Assembly: GCA_016218065.1 (NCBI GenBank) | Contig: JACRFA010000159.1 | Location: 23,093 to 55,092 of the forward strand | Reading direction: 5' to 3' | Length of the DNA: 32,000 nucleotides | Source: Ignavibacteriota bacterium | GTDB lineage: Bacteria; Bacteroidota; Ignavibacteria; UBA10030; UBA6906 | Shown here: piece after piece, positions 17,726 through 24,779 of the stretch | How the letters are laid out: the number at the start of each line of letters is the position of its first letter | Position numbering within the stretch: the stretch's first letter is position 1 | Translations under genes and position numbers: made by a program | Notes under the pieces: generated by a model | The model's input: the letters and a program-made list of their open reading frames with translations, nothing else | What the model was told of the DNA's origin: nothing | The model's database searches: none

Positions 17726-17737
17726 TTGCGGGCTAAC
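17726..17737. repeat. Right arm TTGCGGGCTAAC of the 12-bp inverted repeat
   Basis: This is the exact reverse complement of 17267..17278. It starts 3 nt after the ORF 2 stop codon (17721..17723). Confidence 0.85.
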
Positions 17738-17811
17738 CAGCGGCTCCCCGATAGAAAGCATCAGGGTCCCGCTCCAGACCAGCGGGATGCAAAAAGCGCA
17801 TTTCGCACAAT

Positions 17812-17853
17812 ACGCTCAACAAGAAAAGCTGACCCCGACAAAATGCGTCGGGG
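17812..17853. repeat. Spacer module X, copy C
   Basis: The sequence acgctcaacaagaaaagctgaccccgacaaaatgcgtcgggg contains a 7-bp stem, ccccgac/gtcgggg. See 17069..17109. Confidence 0.8.
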
Positions 17854-17918
17854 CGGTGTACGATGCAGAAAGTTTTCGTTGCCGCCCGCTCTACCCTACG
17901 GGTCGTAGACGAGTCGTA

Positions 17919-17964
17919 GACCTGCCTCAGAGAACTTTGTGGCGGGCAGGCAGCTAAGCCGCAG
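17919..17964. repeat. Spacer module Y, copy C
   Basis: The sequence gacctgcctcagagaactttgtggcgggcaggcagctaagccgcag corresponds to 16502..16552, differing by a 4-nt indel (tgcc) and a few substitutions. Confidence 0.75.
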
Positions 17965-17998
17965 CTAGGCAGCCGATTTCAAAACAGGAGGAGTAAAC

Positions 17999-18298
17999 AT
18001 GAGAACTTATGTCGTTCTTCTTGCCGCCACACTGTTGGCTCTTGGCGGTTGTTCTGAGTCTGGTGGTAACCTCACACCAACGGGAAAGCAATCGTCGCAA
18101 GAAGAGCCGCCGATTTTGCCGGGATATACCGAACCGTTTGTCGAAGTAATCATGGACTGCATGGACAGAGTCTCACCGCCCGGACGGTTACCTATAAGGT
18201 TCGCATCACACAATATGGTCGATGTGAGATCGCCTGGAACAAAAACAAGTGGATTGTCATCCGCAAAATTCCAAGTAACTACACTGTGCAGTTGGTGA
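17999..18298 (+). CDS. Small hypothetical lipoprotein (cassette ORF 3), possibly frameshifted
   Basis: 99-aa ORF with a strong SD (AGGAGG 7 nt upstream) and a signal peptide with lipobox LALGGC. The 3' third looks non-protein-like. The -1 frame is open over 18070..18318 and reads like a genuine beta-rich protein (see findings). Confidence 0.45.
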   Translation: MRTYVVLLAATLLALGGCSESGGNLTPTGKQSSQEEPPILPGYTEPFVEVIMDCMDRVSPPGRLPIRFASHNMVDVRSPGTKTSGLSSAKFQVTTLCSW

Positions 18299-18467
18299 AA
18301 GAATACATCGCCAAGTAGATAAAGAATAAGACTGAATGCTTTCGTGACGGCAGTTGCTGTTGTCTTAGGAGCGGTTGGAGTATATGTTGGATTCGCCCTC
18401 GCGCTCGCAGGCGCGTTCTAGCTAGGAATGAAAATGGTTGTCGCGTTACAGACGAGTGAGATAACTC

Positions 18468-18503
18468 CAAGGCGCCGCAGGGCGCGGCAGCTCGGGTGCC
18501 TTG
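18468..18503. terminator. GC-rich hairpin between convergent genes (candidate bidirectional terminator)
   Basis: The arms caaggcgcc and ggtgccttg pair in 8 of 9 positions, with an inner ccgc/gcgg stem. The hairpin lies 19 nt downstream of the OM-barrel gene stop. There is no clear U-run, so this is a weak call. Confidence 0.3.
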
Positions 18504-18521
18504 AAGCATCTCACCCGACCC

Positions 18522-19130
18522 TTACAGTCCGAACAGATACCCGATCGAGATGACGTAGAAGTTACTCTTCACGCCGTCGCTGCCCGGGACTTTTTGGAAG
18601 TTGTAATCCAGGAACACATACCGGATGTCGCCGACAAAGCTACCGATACCCATCGGCGCTTCAATACCTCCGCCGAAGTGCCAGCCAAAGCGCTGCTGCG
18701 TTTCGCTCGTGATCTGCACCTGTTGCGTTGGGCCCGGAGGAATCTTGTAGTCGATAGATGTGTTGTACCAGCCTGCCCCGATTGCGCCATAGAGTACAGG
18801 AAGCGGATAGATCATCGCGGTCGCCATCACGGGCCAGCTTTTCGTCTCGATCACGCCGCCCAGGTATCTGTCTTCGCGGTAGTTGATCGAGCCTTCCAAA
18901 CCGAACGCGGGAGAAAGGCGCATCCGCAGCGCAGCGCCGCCCATCGCACGCAAGTTGTCGGAACTGGGCGAGCTGTGGAATCCAATCAGCGGACCGAAGC
19001 CTGCCCGCGGGCTCTCATCGCGCACAGTCTGCGCATGCACCAGAGCTGCACACAGGGTCAAGAATAGAAGCAGCGAAATGCGACGACCGCGTCCCGACCA
19101 TTCGCCGCGATATTGCGTTTTCTTCTTCAT
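18522..19130 (-). CDS. Outer-membrane beta-barrel protein (small OmpA-like/OmpW-like barrel)
   Basis: 202-aa ORF with a signal peptide (LLLFLTLCAALVHAQ). It shows alternating amphipathic beta-strand patterns (GLEGSINY, AIGAGWYN, FGWHFGGGIEAP, FVGDIRYVFLDY) and an aromatic-rich C-terminal strand, YVISIGYLFGL. Confidence 0.7.
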   Translation of the reverse strand: MKKKTQYRGEWSGRGRRISLLLFLTLCAALVHAQTVRDESPRAGFGPLIGFHSSPSSDNLRAMGGAALRMRLSPAFGLEGSINYREDRYLGGVIETKSWPVMATAMIYPLPVLYGAIGAGWYNTSIDYKIPPGPTQQVQITSETQQRFGWHFGGGIEAPMGIGSFVGDIRYVFLDYNFQKVPGSDGVKSNFYVISIGYLFGL

Positions 19131-19342
19131 GATAAACCTCCTCTGCTAATGCGCGCACAAAATACATTCGAGAGCCGCGGAGAATCAATACGGAGAAGCT
19201 ACTATTTCGGAGCGTAGAGCAGAAGGGCTATTTTTCTGTATGCTCGCTCTAGGGAGTAGTGTGAAAGGATGTTAACAGAAGATTGCTTGTGGCGCGCCGG
19301 TTGGATACATTACGGGTGTCGAACAACAATGAGAGTACCTCG

Positions 19343-19708
19343 ATGCAAATTTACGTTGGCAACCTGCCGCTCGAATTTACCGATACCGAACTCAAAGCAT
19401 TATTTGAGCCGTTCGGAACCGTCAGAGCGGCAACGATTGGCAAAGACAAAAAAACAGAAGTCTCGCAAGGCTACGGCTTTGTTGAGATGCCGGTGAAAGC
19501 AGAAGCGCGGAAAGCAATCGACGAACTGCGCGGCAAAGACATGCAGGGGAAGCCGCTGCGCGTGAAGGCAGTGAAACCGGGAGATGCCTTTCACGATCAC
19601 GCACGCACGATGCACGGCGAGTCGAATCCGGGAAAGCAGGTATTCAGCGCCGGCCGACAGCCACGCGGCGCAGGCGCCATTCGACGCGGCGGACAGCGCG
19701 GCAGCTAA
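19343..19708 (+). CDS. RRM-domain RNA-binding protein with an RG-rich tail
   Basis: I chose ATG 19343 so that the product begins MQIYVGNLPLEFT (RNP2). KGYGFVEM-type RNP1 is present as QGYGFVEM, and the C-terminal tail is GRQPRGAGAIRRGGQRGS. The ORF-track start at 19283 adds an implausible leader. Confidence 0.85.
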   Translation: MQIYVGNLPLEFTDTELKALFEPFGTVRAATIGKDKKTEVSQGYGFVEMPVKAEARKAIDELRGKDMQGKPLRVKAVKPGDAFHDHARTMHGESNPGKQVFSAGRQPRGAGAIRRGGQRGS

Positions 19709-19715
19709 CCATGTT

Positions 19716-19757
19716 GAAAAAGAATGACCGATCCACGTGCAGGCCGAAGGTCATTCT
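19716..19757 (-). terminator. Rho-independent-type terminator for the SIS/PHI gene
   Basis: On the minus strand, agaatgacc (19757..19749), a 19-nt loop and ggtcattct (19729..19721) form a 9-bp stem. TTTTT follows at 19720..19716. The structure lies 50 nt downstream of the stop at 19808. Confidence 0.55.
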
Positions 19758-19807
19758 CGCGCCGCCAAAATCGACCTTCGTGTTCCTTCGTGACTTTCGT
19801 GGATAAG

Positions 19808-20362
19808 CTAGTCCAGATTCGAGTGGCGCGCCCACAGATCCGCGTGAGTCTGGTTGGTCGCTTTCATGAGTTGGAGCACGAGGGCATCGAAGAAGATTTG
19901 CAGGCTCTGTTCAAACAGCGAGGCCATCGGCTGAATGGAAGTTCGTCCTTCCGTCGGACCGAACTTCGTCGGCGCGTTGAGCAGAATCAGCACGTCCGCC
20001 AGTTTTCCCAACCTCGAGTCCTGCTTGGCTGTAATAACAACAAGATGTGCACCCGTCCGCTTGCCCAGAACAGCAACGTCATACACAGTCTGGGTCTCGC
20101 CTGAACTGGACCCGACAATCAGGATATCGCCTTTGCCCAGGGGAGGTATGGTCGAGTCTGCAACAGTAAACACTGATCTCCCCACATGTCCCAGCCGCAT
20201 CGCAAACCCTCTGCACGCCAGACCAACGCGCCCTGCGCCATGCACAACAATGCGGCGGGCCCCGAGTATCAACCCAACAAGTCCACCCACCTGTTCATCG
20301 CTGACATCATGAAGTGCAAGCCGTATTTCGGCTGTGATTGTCTCAACAAGGTCGCGAAACAT
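19808..20362 (-). CDS. hxlB: SIS-domain sugar-phosphate isomerase, 6-phospho-3-hexuloisomerase-like
   Basis: 184-aa ORF with VHGAGRVGLACRGFAMRL, ILIVGSSSGETQTV, and a C-terminal ADLWARHSNLD that resembles the RH-x-NLE ending of PHI enzymes. No hxlA partner is in the window. Confidence 0.7.
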   Translation of the reverse strand: MFRDLVETITAEIRLALHDVSDEQVGGLVGLILGARRIVVHGAGRVGLACRGFAMRLGHVGRSVFTVADSTIPPLGKGDILIVGSSSGETQTVYDVAVLGKRTGAHLVVITAKQDSRLGKLADVLILLNAPTKFGPTEGRTSIQPMASLFEQSLQIFFDALVLQLMKATNQTHADLWARHSNLD

Positions 20363-20399
20363 AAGGGTGTCTCCGGAAATTGTCTGAAGTGACGACGAC

Positions 20400-23300
20400 T
20401 TATTTCACGACTAACATCTTTTTTGTTTGCACGAAGCCCGCGCTTTGCATCCTGAAAAAAAATACACCGCTCGCATACGATGAGGCATCAAGTGTGAGCG
20501 AATAACGACCCGCCATCTGTTCTTCATCAAGAATGGTTGCAACCTCCTGACCCAGGACATCATAGACGCTGACGGTTACTCGAGAAGTGCGCGGCACATC
20601 ATACCGAATGATCGAAGTCGGGTTAAACGGGTTCGGATAATTCTGATAGAGCGCGTATTCCGTGGGAAGCCCGCTTTGAGCCTGTCCCACACTCATGCGG
20701 TTCGTCGTTGATTGTGACGACCGCGAACCGCCCCATGTCGTTCGGAGCGTCGGGGAAGATTCCTGGAACCCAAGAAGATTCTCCCACATCTCAAGCGGCG
20801 AGCCGTGCGGATTCACCACATCATGCGAGTTGGATCCGATGAGATCAATGTCGCCATCACTTCCAATATCTGCGATACGAAGATCATGGATTCCGGTTGT
20901 CGCGATAACCTCCGCGTACCACGAGAGTCCGTCGCCCGAATTCACCCAGAGAACGATGTCGTCCGGATCATTCCCCCAATGGCCTTCACCTGTGAGGATG
21001 TCGAGGTCGCCATCCTGATCAAAATCCGCCGCCTTGAATGTATGAATGGCATCCGTAAACTGATCGATCACGTGTTCTGTCCAAGGTCCGCTGAGAGGAT
21101 TTGACGTCTCGTACCACGAGAGCCTACCGCTATAGGAAGCTGAGGGCGATAACACGAGATCATTGCGCCCGTCGCCATTCACATCCTCTACGCGAACGCC
21201 CACCTGGACCGGCCAGCCATTGGTAACGAAATGTTCGCTCCAGGGAGTTGTCGATGGATCACCCAGCGGCAGAGGATTTTCAAGCCAGTAGCCGTTGATG
21301 GCAATATCGAGATCGCCGTCATGATCGATGTCCCCGATTCCGGTCCCGTCTTTCGGTCGACTGCTGATCATCACTCGTTGCCAGGCAAGCCCGCTTTGCT
21401 GGAAAAAGATCACGAGGTTTTCGCGGCGGATGACAATGTCGATCTTCCCGTCCTCATTGAGATCAGCAAGTTCCACATCGTGCGACGCAAGAGTGTCAAT
21501 GAAGTGACGTACCCAGGGAGAGGTTGCCGGATTGCCACCCGGTCTGGGGTTCTCGTACCACCAAAGCGATATTCCAGATTCAAATCCTCTCAGCGCGACG
21601 AGGTCAATGTCTCCGTCGCCGTCAATATCCCCGGCCTGTCGGTCTCCCGGAAATGACCCTGTGTCAACTCTGGTTTTCTCCCATAACGGATAGTGGTACC
21701 AGAACAAACCATCAGTAAATCCATCGGCGCTTGCGTTTGTGACATCGATATATCCATCTCCATCAATATCTCCGACTGCAGTTGTGTGAGGATGGCGCGG
21801 ATTCTGCGCATCGATGAGCACATACCGGAAAGGAACCGGCGCGTTCGCGTCCAGCGGCGACGCCACCTGCACAAGTGCAATATTACTCAAGGTGGTTCCA
21901 ACGCTGTTTGAAATCCGGCAGCGATAGCTTGACCCGTTGTCGGCAAGTGTGAGCGTTGGAGTGTCATGCAGCGGCGATGTTGCGCCGACAATATCGACGG
22001 CATTCTTCTGCCATTGGTAGTCGAGCGGCTGCGTTCCCACTGCGGCAACAGAAAGCCGATGATATTGGCCGGGTGCAACAGTCCGACCGACGGGCTGTTG
22101 TGTGATGAGTGGAGCGCCACCGTTCACCACAAGAAGAGCCTCGTTGCTCGTCGTTGAACCTATTGCATTACTGATGATGCACCGGAACTCTGCACCGCTA
22201 TCAGCATCAACGGTAGGTGGAGTTGTGTAGAATGAATCGCTCGCAGATACAATCAGCGAACCATTCTTTTGCCACAAATAGGAAAACGGTCTCTGACCAA
22301 TTGCAGAAACGAAGAAAAGAGCAGTCTCTCCCGCTATCACGGTCTGGTTTTGGGGTTGAATGGTGATAAGGGGAATTCCGTCTGTTACACGGAGAAGCGC
22401 AGAGGAACTCGTTGCAGAACCAAGACTGTTTGCAACCACACAGCGAAATGTCGCGCCACTATCGGCGAGCGTAGCGGAAGGAATATTGTACGCGATGCTG
22501 TCGGCCCCGATAATGTCGATGCCATCCCGTTGCCATTGAAAGACCAGCGGAACTGTTCCGCCCGCGGCCACATTGAACGAAACGTTGTCTCCGACTATGA
22601 CAATTTGGTTAGATGGATGTTGCGTGATGGAGGGGGGCTCCGGATTCACGTGCAGCAGCGCCCCGTTGCTCGTCGCGGTTCCCGCTGAGTTGAAAACGAC
22701 GCAACGGAAGGATGAGCCGCTGTCAGCGAATACAACCGGCGGAGTTGTGTATGATGGGTTCGCTCCACCGGGGATAGAGGCGCCGTTCTTCTGCCACTGA
22801 TACGCGAGCGGGAGCGTTCCCGCAGCCTCAATGCTAAACGTGGCAGTCTGTCCGTCCGATACTGTTTGCGGCGACGGATGTGTTGTTATCGTTGGCGGAA
22901 CCGGCGGCGCATCTTCCGGCGAGATCCGCGACGCCGTATTAAAGAAGTAATCCACCAAACCGGTGAACGCGGGATTGCTGCCTGCGTTGCCCGCAAACGG
23001 CCCGATGCTCGAAACCGTCAGCGTGTGTGCGAAGTTCGCCGCATTCGTCCACGTTGTGCCGTTGTACGAATACGACTGCGTCCACTGATTGCCCACTCGC
23101 TTCACCCGCAGATACAGCACCGTCGCCGGTGTAATCGGCTGGTCGTATCGTACGTTCGGACTGTTGTTCGTGAAGCTTGCCGAGAAGATCCGCGTGTTCG
23201 AGCCATCCTTTACAAAATCGAATCGAAGAAAATTGCTGTTGTCCTGCTGCACCATGATTCCTTCGATCTGATACTGCGTCGTCATCGCCGACTCGAATTT

Positions 23301-24779
23301 TACTTCCGCTTCGAAATCTGTATTCGGACACGTTTGCATGACACGCGGCGGAAGGTTGTTGCCCGGCCACGGATCGTGTGCTGATCCCGACGACACATTG
23401 ATATTCAGCCGCGCATCCGATGTGCCCGTGCCGCTGAAACTCAGCGTCGATGGCGCTCCGGGATTCACAAACGTCCAGAGACTTGTGTTCAGCGTCCCGG
23501 CACTGAAGTCGTCTGAGACGATTCCCTGAGGCGCACTCGTCACCGTCAGCGTTGCTGCATTACTCGTCGCACTGCCAAGCGGATTCGTCACGACGCAACG
23601 GAACGTCGAACCATTGTCACCGAGAACAGTCGTCGGTGTGGTGTACGAAGCATTCGTCGCTCCTGAAATGTCAGCGCTGTTCTTCTGCCATTGATATCCA
23701 AGCGGCTGGCTTCCAATTGCTGCCACTGTGAAGGATGCAGTTTGACCAACAACCACGGACTGGCTTTGCGGATGTTGGGTGATCGATGGCGGTGTGCGAT
23801 TCACGTGCAGCAACGCCGCATTGCTTGTGACCGTCCCGCCGGAGTTCGATACGACACACCGGAATGATAAACCGCTATCTGCGTAGATCGTTGCTGGCGT
23901 TGTGTACGAAGCATTTGTTGCACTCGCAATGTCGACGCTGTTCTTCTGCCATTGATAGAACAGCGGAAGCGTTCCCGTTGCCGCAACGGTAAACGTCGCT
24001 GTCTCTCCTTCTGTGACTGTTTGCACCGTTGGATGTGTCGTGATCGAAGGGGGCGAGGGCGGACCCGTCGGGTCTTCGGGAACAACCGGCGACGCCGTAT
24101 TAAAGAAGTAATCCACCAAACCGATGAACGCAGGATTGGCGCCTGCGTTGCCCGCAAACGGCCCGATGCTCGAAACCGTCAGCGTGTGCGCGAAGTTCGC
24201 CGCATTCGTCCACGTCGTGCCGTTGTACGAATACGATTGCGTCCACTGATTGCCCACTCGCTTCACCCGCAGATACAGCACCGTCGCCGGTGTAATCGGC
24301 TGGTCGTATCGTACACTCGGACTGTTGTTCGTGAAGCTTGCCGAGAAGATCCGCGTGTTCGAGCCATCCTTTACAAAATCGAATCGAAGAAAATTATTGT
24401 TGTCCTGCTGCACCATAATTCCTTCGATTTGATATTGCGTCGTCATCGCCGACTCGAATTTTACTTCCACTTCGAAATCTGTATTCGGACACGTTTGCAT
24501 GATACGCGGCGGAAGGTTGTTGCCCGGCCACGGATCGTGCGCTGATCCCGACGACACATTGATATTCAGCCGCGCATCTGATGTGCCCGTGCCGCTGAAA
24601 CTCAGCGTCGATGGCGCTCCGGGATTCACAAACGTCCAGAGACTTGTGTTCAGCGTCCCGGCACTGAAGTCGTCTGATTGAATTGTTGATTGGGCGAGAA
24701 GCGCTGCGGGGAGGAGCGGCCACGTCAGGAAAAACGCCAGCACGAATCTCTGCGCGATACGACGATTGATCATGATCAT
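20400..24779 (-). CDS. 1459-aa T9SS-sorted surface protein: signal peptide, LamG/ConA-like domain, 2 Ig-like, second LamG-like, 4 Ig-like, 7 FG-GAP/VCBS repeats, T9SS CTD
   Basis: The signal peptide is FFLTWPLLPAALLAQS. Two roughly 195-aa domains (DDFSAGTLNTSLWTFVNPG..GNQWTQSYSYNGTTWTN..) look like a concanavalin/LamG fold. There are six roughly 85-aa repeats with the signature Y(Q/L)WQKN..D.G..(F/Y)RC.(V/I).N..G..(T/L)S. Seven calcium-binding-like D-x-(D/N)-x-DG-x-x-D blades follow (GDIDGDGYIDV, GDIDGDGDIDL, ADLNEDGKIDI, GDIDHDGDLDI, EDVNGDGRNDL, ADFDQDGDLDI, ADIGSDGDIDL). The C-terminus YQNYPNPFNPTSIIRY..GVFFFRMQSAGFVQTKKMLVVK is a T9SS CTD. Confidence 0.9.
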   Translation of the reverse strand: MIMINRRIAQRFVLAFFLTWPLLPAALLAQSTIQSDDFSAGTLNTSLWTFVNPGAPSTLSFSGTGTSDARLNINVSSGSAHDPWPGNNLPPRIMQTCPNTDFEVEVKFESAMTTQYQIEGIMVQQDNNNFLRFDFVKDGSNTRIFSASFTNNSPSVRYDQPITPATVLYLRVKRVGNQWTQSYSYNGTTWTNAANFAHTLTVSSIGPFAGNAGANPAFIGLVDYFFNTASPVVPEDPTGPPSPPSITTHPTVQTVTEGETATFTVAATGTLPLFYQWQKNSVDIASATNASYTTPATIYADSGLSFRCVVSNSGGTVTSNAALLHVNRTPPSITQHPQSQSVVVGQTASFTVAAIGSQPLGYQWQKNSADISGATNASYTTPTTVLGDNGSTFRCVVTNPLGSATSNAATLTVTSAPQGIVSDDFSAGTLNTSLWTFVNPGAPSTLSFSGTGTSDARLNINVSSGSAHDPWPGNNLPPRVMQTCPNTDFEAEVKFESAMTTQYQIEGIMVQQDNSNFLRFDFVKDGSNTRIFSASFTNNSPNVRYDQPITPATVLYLRVKRVGNQWTQSYSYNGTTWTNAANFAHTLTVSSIGPFAGNAGSNPAFTGLVDYFFNTASRISPEDAPPVPPTITTHPSPQTVSDGQTATFSIEAAGTLPLAYQWQKNGASIPGGANPSYTTPPVVFADSGSSFRCVVFNSAGTATSNGALLHVNPEPPSITQHPSNQIVIVGDNVSFNVAAGGTVPLVFQWQRDGIDIIGADSIAYNIPSATLADSGATFRCVVANSLGSATSSSALLRVTDGIPLITIQPQNQTVIAGETALFFVSAIGQRPFSYLWQKNGSLIVSASDSFYTTPPTVDADSGAEFRCIISNAIGSTTSNEALLVVNGGAPLITQQPVGRTVAPGQYHRLSVAAVGTQPLDYQWQKNAVDIVGATSPLHDTPTLTLADNGSSYRCRISNSVGTTLSNIALVQVASPLDANAPVPFRYVLIDAQNPRHPHTTAVGDIDGDGYIDVTNASADGFTDGLFWYHYPLWEKTRVDTGSFPGDRQAGDIDGDGDIDLVALRGFESGISLWWYENPRPGGNPATSPWVRHFIDTLASHDVELADLNEDGKIDIVIRRENLVIFFQQSGLAWQRVMISSRPKDGTGIGDIDHDGDLDIAINGYWLENPLPLGDPSTTPWSEHFVTNGWPVQVGVRVEDVNGDGRNDLVLSPSASYSGRLSWYETSNPLSGPWTEHVIDQFTDAIHTFKAADFDQDGDLDILTGEGHWGNDPDDIVLWVNSGDGLSWYAEVIATTGIHDLRIADIGSDGDIDLIGSNSHDVVNPHGSPLEMWENLLGFQESSPTLRTTWGGSRSSQSTTNRMSVGQAQSGLPTEYALYQNYPNPFNPTSIIRYDVPRTSRVTVSVYDVLGQEVATILDEEQMAGRYSLTLDASSYASGVFFFRMQSAGFVQTKKMLVVK
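22928..23516. repeat. Intragenic direct repeat, copy 2 (second LamG-like domain)
   Basis: It aligns without gaps to 24089..24677 at an offset of exactly 1161 bp. My manual alignment finds 18 differences in 589 bp, 17 of them transitions. Confidence 0.9.
24089..24677. repeat. Intragenic direct repeat, copy 1 (first LamG-like domain)
   Basis: See 22928..23516. Confidence 0.9.

Noticed and set aside
16375-17998. Canonical integron attC sites in the lipoprotein-gene spacers.
   Set aside because: I could not pair an R''/L'' arm with an L'/R' arm within the usual 57-141 nt, and the spacers are 210-275 nt. GTTAG-type cores exist before each ORF, but a matching RYYYAAC arm at the right distance appears only as the 17726-17737 arm. 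The cassette-like array is kept as a finding. The strict attC call is rejected pending a covariance-model scan.
18344-18421. A tiny ORF encoding a hydrophobic helix (VTAVAVVLGAVGVYVGFALALAGAF) after the third lipoprotein gene, considered as a possible small membrane peptide or type I toxin.
   Set aside because: It has no ATG (only GTG or CTG options) and no Shine-Dalgarno sequence, and it is only about 25 codons long. The evidence is insufficient to call a gene. It could be a remnant of a decayed cassette.
22928-24677. The near-identical repeat pair considered as the template/variable repeats of a diversity-generating retroelement.
   Set aside because: No reverse transcriptase gene is nearby. 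The repeats are 589 bp, far longer than TR/VR pairs. The 18 mismatches are mostly transitions spread over all base types rather than adenine-specific substitutions.
20400-24779. The periodic repeats in this region considered as a CRISPR-like or non-coding tandem array.
   Set aside because: The whole span is one uninterrupted 1459-codon ORF. The periodicity is explained by repeated Ig-like, LamG-like and FG-GAP protein domains.
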